This document shows, one piece after another, positions 44,201 to 54,228 of a DNA stretch of 64,000 nucleotides. Made by a program: the position numbers and the translations under genes. Within the stretch, counting starts at the first letter, position 1; each line of letters begins with the position of its first letter. The notes below the pieces were generated by a model. That model saw only the letters and a program-made list of their open reading frames with translations, was not told the DNA's origin and did no database searches. The stretch is from a virus. Its lineage: Duplodnaviria > Caudoviricetes. Where the stretch lies: IMG/VR virus record IMGVR_UViG_3300028603_000021, positions 1 through 64,000 of that record, one strand, 5' to 3'.

Positions 44201-45511
44201 TCACAGCACAAACAGCAGCACAACCGAAAATGCGGCTATAATCCAGAGAGTCAGTGGCATTGTTTTTCTCATGGCAGCGCGGATTACCGTATAGGACACG
44301 ATGCCAAGGACTATACCTGTGGTGATGCTGTATGTGAACGGGATAGCTACCATGGCGATGAAAGCGGGTACTGAGTTAGAGTAGTCTCCCCAGTCCATGT
44401 CCTTGAGCGTGGTAATCATGAACAAACCGACAAGCACGAGTACGGGGGCGGTGGCTACGCTCGGGATAAACACCAGCAGCGGAGCAAAGAACATGAAGGG
44501 CAGAAACAACAGTCCTGTTACGACAGCAGTAAGACCCGACCTACCACCTTCGGCTACCCCAGAAGCAGACTCGATGTACGCAGTACCAGGCGAGCTGCCG
44601 GTAAGACCTGAGATAGTTGTAGACACAGCGTCTACCATCAGCGCTTTCCCGATGTTCTTAGCTTCTCCCTTGTCGTCTACAAGACCTGCGGCCTTAGAGA
44701 CACTCATGAAGGTTGATATACTATCGAACATGTCAGTAAACAGAAGAGCAAACACAGGAGAGATAACAGCCACAGTCATCAAGCCAGCGAAGTCCAGTGC
44801 GAAGAACGCCTCTAGAGAGGGCGTAGCTACTACAGCAGTAGGTAGAGTCACACCTGTAGCGGCGGAAAACATGGGAACCAGCGCAGCTAAGACGGCCACC
44901 CCGATAACCGAGATTATCAAAGCACCCCTCACATGCAGTGCCAGCAGGATAGCGGCAACGACTAGACCGATCAAAAACAACCAGAAGACCGGGGAAGCCC
45001 CACCAAACGAAACCAAGGTGGCGGCGTTAGCTATGACAACTCCCGAGTTCTGTAAGCCGATGAACGCTAGGAACAGCCCGATACCGCCTGCGACTCCTGA
45101 CCTTATGCCTAGGGGTACAGCAGCTGCAATCTTTTCTCTGAGCCGCAGCTGTGGTAATGAGATTATCAAGAACACCACACCTGACAGAAACACAGCTGCT
45201 AGCGCGGTCTGCCATGTGAGTCCCAAGGTCAGCACCAACGTATACGTAAAGAAGGCGTTCAGCCCCATACCGGGGGCTAGGGCAATCGGTAAGTTAGCGA
45301 CGAACCCCATCAAGATGCTAGATAACCCCGCTACCAGCACCGTAGCAAACAGTGCAGCACTGAGTGGTATCCCAGCATCCGACAGGATGAGTGGGTTAAC
45401 GATGATGATATACGCCATCGTCAGGAAGGTGGTTATACCAGCCAGAACCTCGGTACGGATGTTCGTACCAAGGCTGTCCAGCTGGAATCGTTTAGTTAGC
45501 CAGTTTGTCAT
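44201..45511 (-). CDS. NCS2/AzgA-type guanine-hypoxanthine permease
   Basis: RTE.LAG.TTF.TMAYII.VNP; LAPGMGLNAFF; YIESASGV.EGGRSGLTA. Confidence 0.95.
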   Translation of the reverse strand: MTNWLTKRFQLDSLGTNIRTEVLAGITTFLTMAYIIIVNPLILSDAGIPLSAALFATVLVAGLSSILMGFVANLPIALAPGMGLNAFFTYTLVLTLGLTWQTALAAVFLSGVVFLIISLPQLRLREKIAAAVPLGIRSGVAGGIGLFLAFIGLQNSGVVIANAATLVSFGGASPVFWLFLIGLVVAAILLALHVRGALIISVIGVAVLAALVPMFSAATGVTLPTAVVATPSLEAFFALDFAGLMTVAVISPVFALLFTDMFDSISTFMSVSKAAGLVDDKGEAKNIGKALMVDAVSTTISGLTGSSPGTAYIESASGVAEGGRSGLTAVVTGLLFLPFMFFAPLLVFIPSVATAPVLVLVGLFMITTLKDMDWGDYSNSVPAFIAMVAIPFTYSITTGIVLGIVSYTVIRAAMRKTMPLTLWIIAAFSVVLLFVL

Positions 45512-45528
45512 TTTTCCTCTTTCCGAGT

Positions 45529-46530
45529 TCAGTTGAACTCTTCCCCGGTCGCCTTCTTGGCGTACTTAGGGTTGATGAACTTAAGAATCAGTCTGGTACC
45601 TTTTGAGGTACGGCGAGGCTCTACGGGCTGCACAACACAACCTTCTCGGATGTGAAGCTCTCTACCGCTTACCTGCTCCATGCCCTTGGCCAGCTCTTCT
45701 GCTTTCTCCTCGCTGAATTCTCCCTCATACAGGATCGGGACACTAAGATACTCTAGCTCATCAGGCAACGGCAGCGACTGAGTGTTGTTTCTGTATTCGA
45801 ACAGCCGCAGGGTAGGCTCTGACTGCCCGTAGGTGTAACCCTTCTGGCATGGGATCATCTCTCCCACAAAATGATGTGTGGTATCGTTACTTAATGTAGC
45901 AAGCACCTCTTGCATACCGCTGTTGCGGAAAGCTTTCCAATAGGAGTTACCTTCGGACTCTTTGATAGCTAAACCACGCTTGAGCAAACCCTTGGAGGAA
46001 ATCCACACCTTACCGTCCCTGTAGATAACATTTTCCTGGGACCCGTGGAGTTTTTCTGAGATAACCACGGTTTCTCCAGGTTCCATGTCATCCTGAAATA
46101 TGCGGTAGTTATCTACGTCGTAGTACGTGATAAACGGTACATCAATTTCTTCGACTTCACCCTGTAGTTCTGTGGGGATAGGTCTGACATACTCCGTGAT
46201 GCCAAGCTTTTCTGATGTGTCTTCCCCTAAAGGTACGTTTGGCTTCAGATAGTCTGGCAGCGAGAGCACGACACCTTGTGAAAGCTCACCACGAAGCCTG
46301 ACCTCTTTAACACGGTTCTTTTCAGCACCAGTAAGGTAGTCTCGGAAAGGCTCAGCTAGCTCATCAGGCAGCAAACTATCCTTGGGGGCGAACAAGACGA
46401 CATCTCCGTCTTGGTACAAACCCTTCTGGACTACTAATGAATAAGTCCCTACCCTAGCGACCTCTAGCTTGTCTGCGTTAGGGTGGGGGAACAGTTTTAT
46501 CTCTTCTAGAGAAACTTTCCACTCTGACAC
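45529..46530 (-). CDS. RNA ligase, DRB0094/Rnl5-like
   Basis: N-terminal OB domain (HPNADKLE..LRGELSQG); EKLHG motif I; EG.V..LK.IN..Y. Confidence 0.9.
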   Translation of the reverse strand: MSEWKVSLEEIKLFPHPNADKLEVARVGTYSLVVQKGLYQDGDVVLFAPKDSLLPDELAEPFRDYLTGAEKNRVKEVRLRGELSQGVVLSLPDYLKPNVPLGEDTSEKLGITEYVRPIPTELQGEVEEIDVPFITYYDVDNYRIFQDDMEPGETVVISEKLHGSQENVIYRDGKVWISSKGLLKRGLAIKESEGNSYWKAFRNSGMQEVLATLSNDTTHHFVGEMIPCQKGYTYGQSEPTLRLFEYRNNTQSLPLPDELEYLSVPILYEGEFSEEKAEELAKGMEQVSGRELHIREGCVVQPVEPRRTSKGTRLILKFINPKYAKKATGEEFN

Positions 46531-46759
46531 TGAAAATCTCCGATCTTAGTTAGCTACTGTCGCGCAGGTTTAGCACTGAGCGAAGTTATCACGGCGTAGT
46601 ATATCGTAAACGGCAGCAAAACTATCCACCAAGCCCAGCTGATAATCCCGCTGAGTTTTATGGATATAAAAATCAAACCTGTTAGGTAAGCGATTGCTTG
46701 TAGCATGTGTCACCTCCCCCAGGTGTGACGTATGTCAGAGTGGCGTAGTATACCACTTC

Positions 46760-47020
46760 TTACTTGAAGTAACTTTCTGCCCTGGCCTTAAACTTCTCTA
46801 GGTCTCTGCGGTACTTCCCAGGGAAAAACGCCTTAGTACCCCTCCGAAGACGACCACGGGCGATAGTCACCCCGAGCTTCTTGTTGAATCCGTCCTTGGG
46901 GTGCTTGACAGACCAACCGACCCGGCATCGTCCGTCTTCTCCCTTACTAGCGAGCAGGACGCCTACTGGTTGTCCGTCCTTATCTCGTAAAAACTGCCGA
47001 AGTTCATCCATATTTGACAC
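46760..47020 (-). CDS. hypothetical phage protein
   Basis: GWS..HP.D.F.KK.G..IA.GR motif. Confidence 0.75.
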   Translation of the reverse strand: MSNMDELRQFLRDKDGQPVGVLLASKGEDGRCRVGWSVKHPKDGFNKKLGVTIARGRLRRGTKAFFPGKYRRDLEKFKARAESYFK

Positions 47021-47060
47021 TCCTTCCTTTTCTAAAGGTTACTACACTGATAAATTAGAA

Positions 47061-47657
47061 TTATGAGGACTTCTTCTTTCTCCGGGATTTTCTCTCAGCG
47101 AAGACTACTTTATCGTAGTATTCCGTTATCTCTGGAACGGTAACTCCAAACCAAGCGCTTACCTCTTCGAGAAGCGCCATGTACGATGCCCTGAAATCCC
47201 CGTCAAATCTTTTAAAAAACTTAGCGGCAGTTATCTCCGTTATAGCTTGCCCTATATTTCTCTGGTACCCTGGGGTGCGTGGATGCACGATAACAAGATA
47301 CTTGTCATAGCCACGGAACTCATCACTCAGAGTCAAATCCTTCATAACACGTATGATCCTCTGCCTGCCACCGTGGTTAAGAGTGTTGTAGCGGTTTTTT
47401 ATCTCTGCGATCACCTTGCGGTCATGTGAGACAATATCAGCCCCTTCGATGTCTAGGTGAGTGAAGCCTAGAGCCTCTGCGGTCATGATCTCCATGAGCT
47501 TGCCTACATGGTTCTGCACTGTCTTCCTCTGACTCTCACTCAGGCCACCGAGACCATCAGATATAACCCCAGCGAGCAAGTCCTCAAAAAGCTCTCCTGT
47601 AGGTATTGTGAGTGTTTTTATGTAGTCTAACGCCTTACTCACAGCTCGATCTCCCAC
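47061..47657 (-). CDS. PD-(D/E)xK restriction-endonuclease-like protein (Eco47II-like)
   Basis: Q.T.QN.VG..E..DI......IAEIKN.YNT.N. Confidence 0.7.
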   Translation of the reverse strand: MGDRAVSKALDYIKTLTIPTGELFEDLLAGVISDGLGGLSESQRKTVQNHVGKLMEIMTAEALGFTHLDIEGADIVSHDRKVIAEIKNRYNTLNHGGRQRIIRVMKDLTLSDEFRGYDKYLVIVHPRTPGYQRNIGQAITEITAAKFFKRFDGDFRASYMALLEEVSAWFGVTVPEITEYYDKVVFAERKSRRKKKSS

Positions 47658-49240
47658 GTAGTCGTACCAGCATGGTACAGGGGGTATATGTTTTTGCTCT
47701 CTAGAAAACCAGGGCTACCGTCGTAGTCCGGAAACAGACCTGGCAGTTTATGCTTCTGGAAAGCCTCCCTAGGGTACACTTTACCACCACTGACAAAGTA
47801 TATAGTGTAAGGATGCCTAGCAACAACCTTGAACCCCAGTGTAGCATAAGCGTCACCCGACGCATACCGATTAGCGGAGTGCGTCCTCAGTCTTCCGTGT
47901 ATGTTTGACAGCAGCTTAGACATGCCTCCGACTACCTGGGTATCTAGCTTGGTAGCGAAGCGGTCTAGCACCTTAGCTCCTCGTCTTGTGCTCACCCCCA
48001 TAACAGCCACTAGCTCGTCACCGTAGAACAGACCCAGCTTGGTTCTGGAGTTTATCGCGCCCTGTAGGTGGTTGTCTTCTAGGAAACCTCTGTAGTCTGC
48101 GGGGGTTAGCTCCTTGGTCTTTGTCTTCCTGGCATACAGCCTCCTAGAAAACATCCCAAGCTTGGCTTTTATCATGGATTTGATGATAGGAAGCTTGTCA
48201 TTAACCTCTGTATCGAAGAACTGAAACAGATGTAAACCAGCAGCAGAGGCCAAATCCTGCTTACTCTGGTGGTAATACCTGTCCTTGCCACGCTCCGTTA
48301 CCGTGCTGTGCCAGTAGGCTCCGTCCACTTCTACACCCACCCTCTCCATCAGGATATCAACTTCCAGACCGCCTAAAACATCACGGTCGCCAACGGTGTA
48401 AGGTATACCTACATCATCCAACCACTCAGTTAGAATTAATTCTTGAGCACTGACTCCTCGATAGTGGTTTGGGTGTCCGTGGCCATTTAGGTGTGTGTTG
48501 GGTCGCTGTAGGAAATCACCCAGAGTTGGGTGTGTTATCACTACCTTGTCCAACGCGCTCTTATACTCTACTTTTGAATAATCGTAAAGGTTCCCATGTA
48601 CCTGACGTGCCTTCGCTTCAAAGGTCTCAGCGGCGCTCTGATCCTTCTTGGCAGCCCTTCTCTTATCTCCGTATCCTTGCAGGTGTCCTACTGGCTTCTG
48701 CCAGAACTCTCCGTGTTCTCGGTCAACTATACATACCGGCACATCGTGGCCACGGTACTCTACCTTGGAGTAATCATATAGATCCCCGTGAACCTCTCTG
48801 GCCTTCTCTATGAAAGTAGCCGTAGTATACGTGTTGGCAGCTGCTCGCTGTGTTCTGCCTCGCTCTGGGCTCCCTCTCCCGCGTAGGTGGGCGTTAGGTG
48901 TCTGTGTGAACTCACCGTAATCTGGGTCTACTATAGTAACAGGTGTTTTGCTGTTGACATAGTTTACCTTAGAGTAGTCATACAGGTCTCCGTGCACTTC
49001 TCTGGCTTTCTTGACGAACTCAGCGGTGCTGTTGCTGAGCTTTGCCCTTACCTTTTCCAGCCCACGCAATCTGTGCCCTTGCCCAGACAGGTGTAAGTTA
49101 GGCTTCTGCCAGAATTCCCCGAACTCTGGGTCTACTATGAGCACTTTTACGTGGGCTCCTTTGTATTCTACCTTAGAGTAGTCGTAGATGTCACCGTGTA
49201 CCTTACGTGCATCTTCTATAAACTGCTCTGTGGTCTTCAT
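47639..49240 (-). CDS. homing-endonuclease-like protein with four DUF723-like repeats
   Basis: 4x FI.KAR.VHG..YDYSKV.Y; E.DI..E.DG.YWHS nuclease; C-terminal FL..NHLQG domain. Confidence 0.8.
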   Translation of the reverse strand: MKTTEQFIEDARKVHGDIYDYSKVEYKGAHVKVLIVDPEFGEFWQKPNLHLSGQGHRLRGLEKVRAKLSNSTAEFVKKAREVHGDLYDYSKVNYVNSKTPVTIVDPDYGEFTQTPNAHLRGRGSPERGRTQRAAANTYTTATFIEKAREVHGDLYDYSKVEYRGHDVPVCIVDREHGEFWQKPVGHLQGYGDKRRAAKKDQSAAETFEAKARQVHGNLYDYSKVEYKSALDKVVITHPTLGDFLQRPNTHLNGHGHPNHYRGVSAQELILTEWLDDVGIPYTVGDRDVLGGLEVDILMERVGVEVDGAYWHSTVTERGKDRYYHQSKQDLASAAGLHLFQFFDTEVNDKLPIIKSMIKAKLGMFSRRLYARKTKTKELTPADYRGFLEDNHLQGAINSRTKLGLFYGDELVAVMGVSTRRGAKVLDRFATKLDTQVVGGMSKLLSNIHGRLRTHSANRYASGDAYATLGFKVVARHPYTIYFVSGGKVYPREAFQKHKLPGLFPDYDGSPGFLESKNIYPLYHAGTTTWEIEL

Positions 49241-50148
49241 CGTTCCTTGGGGTATGAAGGTAGGTTGGGGTTTAGCTTGTGGAATACCTTAAGCAACTCC
49301 CGCGTCTCCTTCTTGTCCTTCCCCTGGATGTATACATACTTATGCTTCGCCGGTATCTCTCGAACATCAGCTAGCTTGTACATCTCACGAGACCTGTCTC
49401 GCAGTGCTTTCTCAACGTCTAGTGGCATATTCTTCCAGACAATCTTATCTCCTACCTGCCACTCTGGATTCCAGTCTATGCCCAGGTCTTTAGCATAGCG
49501 TTTGTACGCACTACGGCTGCGAAAGCTCCTGTCAGATATCCATTTCTTAGTACCGGGCAGGCGGTACTTATGTGTTGCGCCAGATGTCTGGCCTAAGTAC
49601 GTAAAGTTACATGCCTGATAAATAGTCCCAAGTTCTTTTGCCTCGGGGTCAGAGTAGGCTGTAAAGACCCTGAACCGTGTGTTCTTCACAGCCCACCTGA
49701 TTGCATACATGATAAGTGACGACGCTAGGTTCTTGGGAGACCAGCTGACGCAAGCACCACGGCTTATGAGTCTCTCAATCTTCCTAGTGCCGTCACCGAC
49801 CAGCTTAGAGAACGCATTAGGCATGTCCATAACGACAACACCCGCAAGGATTCCCTTGTATCTGGCCGTAAAATAATGAGTCGGGTAGTTGGAGAGCTTT
49901 CCAAGCCACTCGTGTCTCTCGATAAATTCCTTTACTTCTGGGAAAAGAGTCTGGTAGTCGGGGTGTTCCTTCGTAAACTGACTGAACTCAAAGTCTGCGA
50001 CACGTAACGTGTCAGCTTCTTCTTGAGACAGACCAGCAGCCTCAAGGTCAGATTCCATGTTAGACAGACGTATCTCATACTGCCAAGCGTGATCTTTGTT
50101 GTAATCTTTAAACCTCTCACTCGGGTCTGACGACATCTTGTTCTCCAT
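49237..50148 (-). CDS. Mom-like DNA modification protein (GNAT-related)
   Basis: FI..HEWLG..L.GVV..ISRGAC..PKN.AS.L..AYSDP...E.GTIYQA.NF.YLG. Confidence 0.75.
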   Translation of the reverse strand: MENKMSSDPSERFKDYNKDHAWQYEIRLSNMESDLEAAGLSQEEADTLRVADFEFSQFTKEHPDYQTLFPEVKEFIERHEWLGKLSNYPTHYFTARYKGILAGVVVMDMPNAFSKLVGDGTRKIERLISRGACVSWSPKNLASSLIMYAIRWAVKNTRFRVFTAYSDPEAKELGTIYQACNFTYLGQTSGATHKYRLPGTKKWISDRSFRSRSAYKRYAKDLGIDWNPEWQVGDKIVWKNMPLDVEKALRDRSREMYKLADVREIPAKHKYVYIQGKDKKETRELLKVFHKLNPNLPSYPKER

Positions 50149-50419
50149 AGTCAACAGTATAGTGGTATTCGGTCTTGCTGTCAAGCGGGATGACATGAAC
50201 TACCTGTAGGTAGCGGTTGCTCACATACCACACCTCACCCTCGTCGTTCACAAGAACCATGTATGCTTCCCCGTCTGGGGAATCACACTTATGGCACATG
50301 TCTATCACCGGGTAGAGATCACCAAGGTGGAGTTTAGCCCTTTCGGGGGTAGGGCCCTCCACCTCTCCTCGTGGTCTCCGGCTTACGGGTAGTGGACTAA
50401 CCTCCATACGAACGTTCAT
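50117..50419 (-). CDS. hypothetical protein
   Basis: ATGA-coupled to helicase. Confidence 0.7.
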   Translation of the reverse strand: MNVRMEVSPLPVSRRPRGEVEGPTPERAKLHLGDLYPVIDMCHKCDSPDGEAYMVLVNDEGEVWYVSNRYLQVVHVIPLDSKTEYHYTVDYGEQDVVRPE

Positions 50420-52272
50420 GCATCCTCCTCTAGCTGCCTACGATATTTTGTGACCAGTGCACGAGCCAAGTGCGCCTGCCTGTCAGAGAGAAAATTCTGG
50501 CTAGCCAGGGAATGTCCTATGCGGCTATCCACCTTGTTGAACCCAACGTCGTTTCTGATTCTCGCCCCGTCGTAGTCCAGAAGGGCAAGTATCTTAAGCT
50601 TACGCAGAAGTTCTTCCTTTTCTTCGTCAGACACAGGTTCAACCTTCTCTTTGCGCTGAACCTTCACGCTAGTGTCTTCCGGGAGCGCTATATCGTCTAC
50701 TACGGCGTTGATAGCCTTGTTGATTATGGTCTGCTTGTCGATGATGGTATGGGCAATCTTAACGTCGATAGAGTTCTCAACCAGAAGGTACTGAGCCAGA
50801 ACATTGTTCATCTGCCCGATGCGGTCACACCTAGCTATCGCCTGCTCCACCATAGCAGGTCGGTAGTCAAGCTCAGCCAAGACTACATGACTCGAAGCAG
50901 TCAGCGTTATCCCCATCCCGGCAGCGGTTATGCTGCCCAGGAAGTACTTAACCTTTGGGTCGTTCTGAAAGGCATCCACCGCGTCTTGCTTTGAGTCCAT
51001 GTCCATACCCCCTATAAGCAGCACAGCTTCGTCTCCCAAGGCTTCCTTGAGCTGTCTTCCGACCTCACGGTGATGAAAGAAAACTACTACCTTATCCTCT
51101 GCCTCTTTTACGTGCTCTATGACATAAGGCAGCTTAGCGATAGCAATCTCTTGCCTTATCTTTGACATCTCAGCGAAGGAGTCGTTTACAGCTACGCGAA
51201 GGTTCTTGACGGCTGCGTGGTAGTCATCCTCTGTCTCGGATACCTTAGCAAGCTCTACAGCGGCGCGAAGCTCAGAGAGTACATCCTCTCTAGACCCCCA
51301 GATAGACTTCTCTTCTTGTACTAGCTTACGCAGCAGCGGTGTCTGTGGCAGTTCGACCACTTGGTGAGAAACCTTCGGCAATTCTGGCAAGGCTTCTTCT
51401 TTAGCCTGGCGAATCATGATAGTGCTGCGGAGCTTGTGGTTAAGCTCATCAAGGTTGCTAGCGCCTGAGAAATCCCAGCCCCAGCCGTTGTTCTTAGCGT
51501 CACAGTATCTGTGTGCGAACGCCCACTTGCTGCCCCAGGTCTCAGGGTCGAGTGTGTGTACCGTGGTAAACAGCTCTATAGGGCGGTTCATGATAGGCGT
51601 TCCCGTGAGAAACAGCTTGTGCTTAGCCGGTATGGGTGGAATCTTCTTCCCCTTACCAAGTATAGCGATAGTGCGCTTAGCCTTCTCGTTCTTGAGTGCG
51701 TGGGATTCGTCCAAGACAAGAAGATCCCATTCTACGGAGTGCAGCTTTTCTTTGTGCTTATCTGCGACATCGTAGTTTATGATGATTATGTCAGTGTCCG
51801 GGTAATCATCTCTGTCAACTACCCCTATCGTATAGGAGTGAAGCAACCACTTGGTAAGCTCTCTCCTCCAGTTGATACGGATAGTAGCCGGGCAGATAAC
51901 CAAGATACGTTTATACTCAGGATGCAGGTTTATAACCCCAGCTGTCATAATGCTCTTACCCATCCCAGGAGGGGCGGCTATGAGGGTATCCCTGTCTCTG
52001 GCAAAAGCTATTGCAGCCTTCTGGTAGTTAAAGTATTTCAGGTCTCTGGGGGCGGGAACTTCTATATCAGAGTCAAGGGCATGTGACGCTTCCACCCTGG
52101 GGGACGGGTCTTTATGGGTTACCTGCCAGCTACCGTTGTCTAGCTTAGTGACCTTGTAACCGTTAGCTTTGACGGCGTTCTTATCCGCACGCCACGCATC
52201 CCAGAAGGCCGCAGACGGAGTTGCCGTCTGCGTACCGTCGTCGGTGGTTGTCCATGTCATAGTCTCTTTCAT
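50416..52272 (-). CDS. SNF2-family (SMARCAL1-like) helicase
   Basis: GMGKS, DESH, TGTP..NRP, Q...R..RIGQ. Confidence 0.92.
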   Translation of the reverse strand: MKETMTWTTTDDGTQTATPSAAFWDAWRADKNAVKANGYKVTKLDNGSWQVTHKDPSPRVEASHALDSDIEVPAPRDLKYFNYQKAAIAFARDRDTLIAAPPGMGKSIMTAGVINLHPEYKRILVICPATIRINWRRELTKWLLHSYTIGVVDRDDYPDTDIIIINYDVADKHKEKLHSVEWDLLVLDESHALKNEKAKRTIAILGKGKKIPPIPAKHKLFLTGTPIMNRPIELFTTVHTLDPETWGSKWAFAHRYCDAKNNGWGWDFSGASNLDELNHKLRSTIMIRQAKEEALPELPKVSHQVVELPQTPLLRKLVQEEKSIWGSREDVLSELRAAVELAKVSETEDDYHAAVKNLRVAVNDSFAEMSKIRQEIAIAKLPYVIEHVKEAEDKVVVFFHHREVGRQLKEALGDEAVLLIGGMDMDSKQDAVDAFQNDPKVKYFLGSITAAGMGITLTASSHVVLAELDYRPAMVEQAIARCDRIGQMNNVLAQYLLVENSIDVKIAHTIIDKQTIINKAINAVVDDIALPEDTSVKVQRKEKVEPVSDEEKEELLRKLKILALLDYDGARIRNDVGFNKVDSRIGHSLASQNFLSDRQAHLARALVTKYRRQLEEDA

Positions 52273-52293
52273 GTCCTTAGAGTATCAGATAGT

Positions 52294-52620
52294 CTAGTCG
52301 CCGTCAACCCCGGACAAAAGGACTAACGGAGCGCGGTTCCATCTTATCACCAAGCTCTGGTAGCCGGGTTCAACCTCGTATCCTTCGTTTTGATACACGT
52401 CAAACACTACAGGTAGTATCTCTATAGGCATATCCTCACAAGCAGCAACCTCTACCGAGTATGCCTCACTGTCAGCCTCCTTGACAGCGTTGTAGACATA
52501 CCTCAGCGCACGTATAGTTCTATCTGAGCCTAGCAGACGCGCCCTAGCATCCTCTATAGGGTAAGTCAGGCCATCGTTGGCATACGGATATTCATTTCTC
52601 ATCGTCATTGTCCTCTCCAT
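52294..52620 (-). CDS. hypothetical protein
   Basis: ORF track. Confidence 0.65.
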   Translation of the reverse strand: MERTMTMRNEYPYANDGLTYPIEDARARLLGSDRTIRALRYVYNAVKEADSEAYSVEVAACEDMPIEILPVVFDVYQNEGYEVEPGYQSLVIRWNRAPLVLLSGVDGD

Positions 52621-52627
52621 CCTATGT

Positions 52628-53902
52628 TTAGCCCCCGTCCTTCCAGACCAGGACGGGCTTTGTACGAAACTTCAGCACACCTATTCCGGTGTCCTCGATT
52701 ACCTTAACTACCTCGTCAAAGTTCTTGTAGGCTCCAGAGGACTCGTCTATCGGAACGTCTTCGAAGTTGCCCATGATACCGGCTTCTTCAAGCTCCAGGT
52801 TAACTACGTCTTGGTCGAGAATCTTCTTTGCGTTGCCCCTTGACATCGTGCGCCCTGCGCCGTGGGGTACTGAGTCGCCGTAGCTAACGTTCCCAGGAGT
52901 GAAGATCGCACTACCGTCCTTCATGTTGCCGAGGACGACCATAGGGATTCCGTTGTTGTCGTACGCTGGAATAGTACCTTTACGTCCAATGTATTTACCA
53001 TTACGATACTCTATGAAGTTGTGAGGAATGTGAGAGAACTCGTTAACCCCTTGGTGGAAGACCCTGGCTACCGCTTCGTGTACCATGTAATGATTGTATG
53101 TTGCTATCTCTAGCATGGCTCGGTTAAAGGTGTAGTACACCTGTCCCAGCGCAGACTCGGCTGGCACATAGATTAGGTCATTAGCCAATCTTCCGCCCCA
53201 CGAGGATATTTCCTTCTTGATGGTGGCGTCAAAAACCCTAGCTAGCTTGTTGCCGAGTCCACGCGACCCGAAGTGAGAGGCTACGAAGTTCTGGCCTATG
53301 TCATTCTTCTCGATTGAGAGGAAATGGTTGCCTCCGCCGATGGTGTTGAACTGCTTCAACATGTTCTCGGTGAGGTTGTAGGTCATCAGCTTCTTGAATT
53401 CTTTGTAGTGTGGAGTGTCGCGCTCTTTCCATAGGGGTTCGTAAGAGTTGACCCATGCGCCCTCTGGACGCAGGTACCCGTCAACTATCTCCTGGAATTT
53501 GGCAGAGGTCATACCGGTGTCCCTTAGCTGGTTTCCAACCCCAACGGCCTCGGACACCTGACGGATAGCTTCACGCTTCTCCTTCTCCGATAGAGAGTCC
53601 ACATTGATGTTAATCTCGGACATCCCGACAGAGCACGCGGGGTCAACCCCAACGGTGTCAGGATACAAGTGTGTCGAGGACTCTAGGGTGGTGCCGATAG
53701 CGACCCCGTAGCCGAAGTGGGAGTCCGGCATTACCGAGACCTTTTCAATGCCCGGAAGTTCCATAGAAGCACGCACCTGTGTCAACGCTCCGTACTCGTA
53801 CTCTCCAAACAGCTGGTCGTTCATGACCAGGGTTGCCCATACGTTACCATGGCGCATCTTGTATATATTCCCCGCTTTGAACGGTTCAAATATGTCTGAC
53901 AT
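52628..53902 (-). CDS. rtcB: RtcB RNA-splicing ligase
   Basis: MPD.H.GYG..IG; VGVD..C; TIGGGNHF; H.GSRGLG; HN; RKG; HGAGR.MSR; DE...AYK. Confidence 0.92.
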   Translation of the reverse strand: MSDIFEPFKAGNIYKMRHGNVWATLVMNDQLFGEYEYGALTQVRASMELPGIEKVSVMPDSHFGYGVAIGTTLESSTHLYPDTVGVDPACSVGMSEININVDSLSEKEKREAIRQVSEAVGVGNQLRDTGMTSAKFQEIVDGYLRPEGAWVNSYEPLWKERDTPHYKEFKKLMTYNLTENMLKQFNTIGGGNHFLSIEKNDIGQNFVASHFGSRGLGNKLARVFDATIKKEISSWGGRLANDLIYVPAESALGQVYYTFNRAMLEIATYNHYMVHEAVARVFHQGVNEFSHIPHNFIEYRNGKYIGRKGTIPAYDNNGIPMVVLGNMKDGSAIFTPGNVSYGDSVPHGAGRTMSRGNAKKILDQDVVNLELEEAGIMGNFEDVPIDESSGAYKNFDEVVKVIEDTGIGVLKFRTKPVLVWKDGG

Positions 53903-53916
53903 ACCTCGTTCCTTTC

Positions 53917-54216
53917 TTACCAACACCCCTTAAACACATGGTGTGCCTCCAGGCCAGGGTAAAACCAGTACGGGTTGCCGTTGCGAAGCTCAACCTCTGC
54001 AAAGCTAGACGGATCTCCCGGGTATGCTTCGAAAAACCTAACGTTTTCTTTACCATCAAACTCATCCTGGTAAGCAAATATCGCTTGCTCTATAGAGTTC
54101 GTGATGCTCATGCCGCCGTGTTCGGAAGATTCATCGACGAACAAGACCAACTCCTCTTTCTCCACAACATGACAGTGAATATCCCTACCAAACGAATCTT
54201 TGTAGTACAAACGCAT
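53917..54216 (-). CDS. hypothetical protein
   Basis: G.SITN..E motif; AGGAG RBS. Confidence 0.7.
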   Translation of the reverse strand: MRLYYKDSFGRDIHCHVVEKEELVLFVDESSEHGGMSITNSIEQAIFAYQDEFDGKENVRFFEAYPGDPSSFAEVELRNGNPYWFYPGLEAHHVFKGCW

Positions 54217-54228
54217 AAGCTCTCCTTT

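Noticed and set aside
44397-45536. 379-aa plus-strand ORF
   Set aside because: Antisense shadow of the hydrophobic permease gene.
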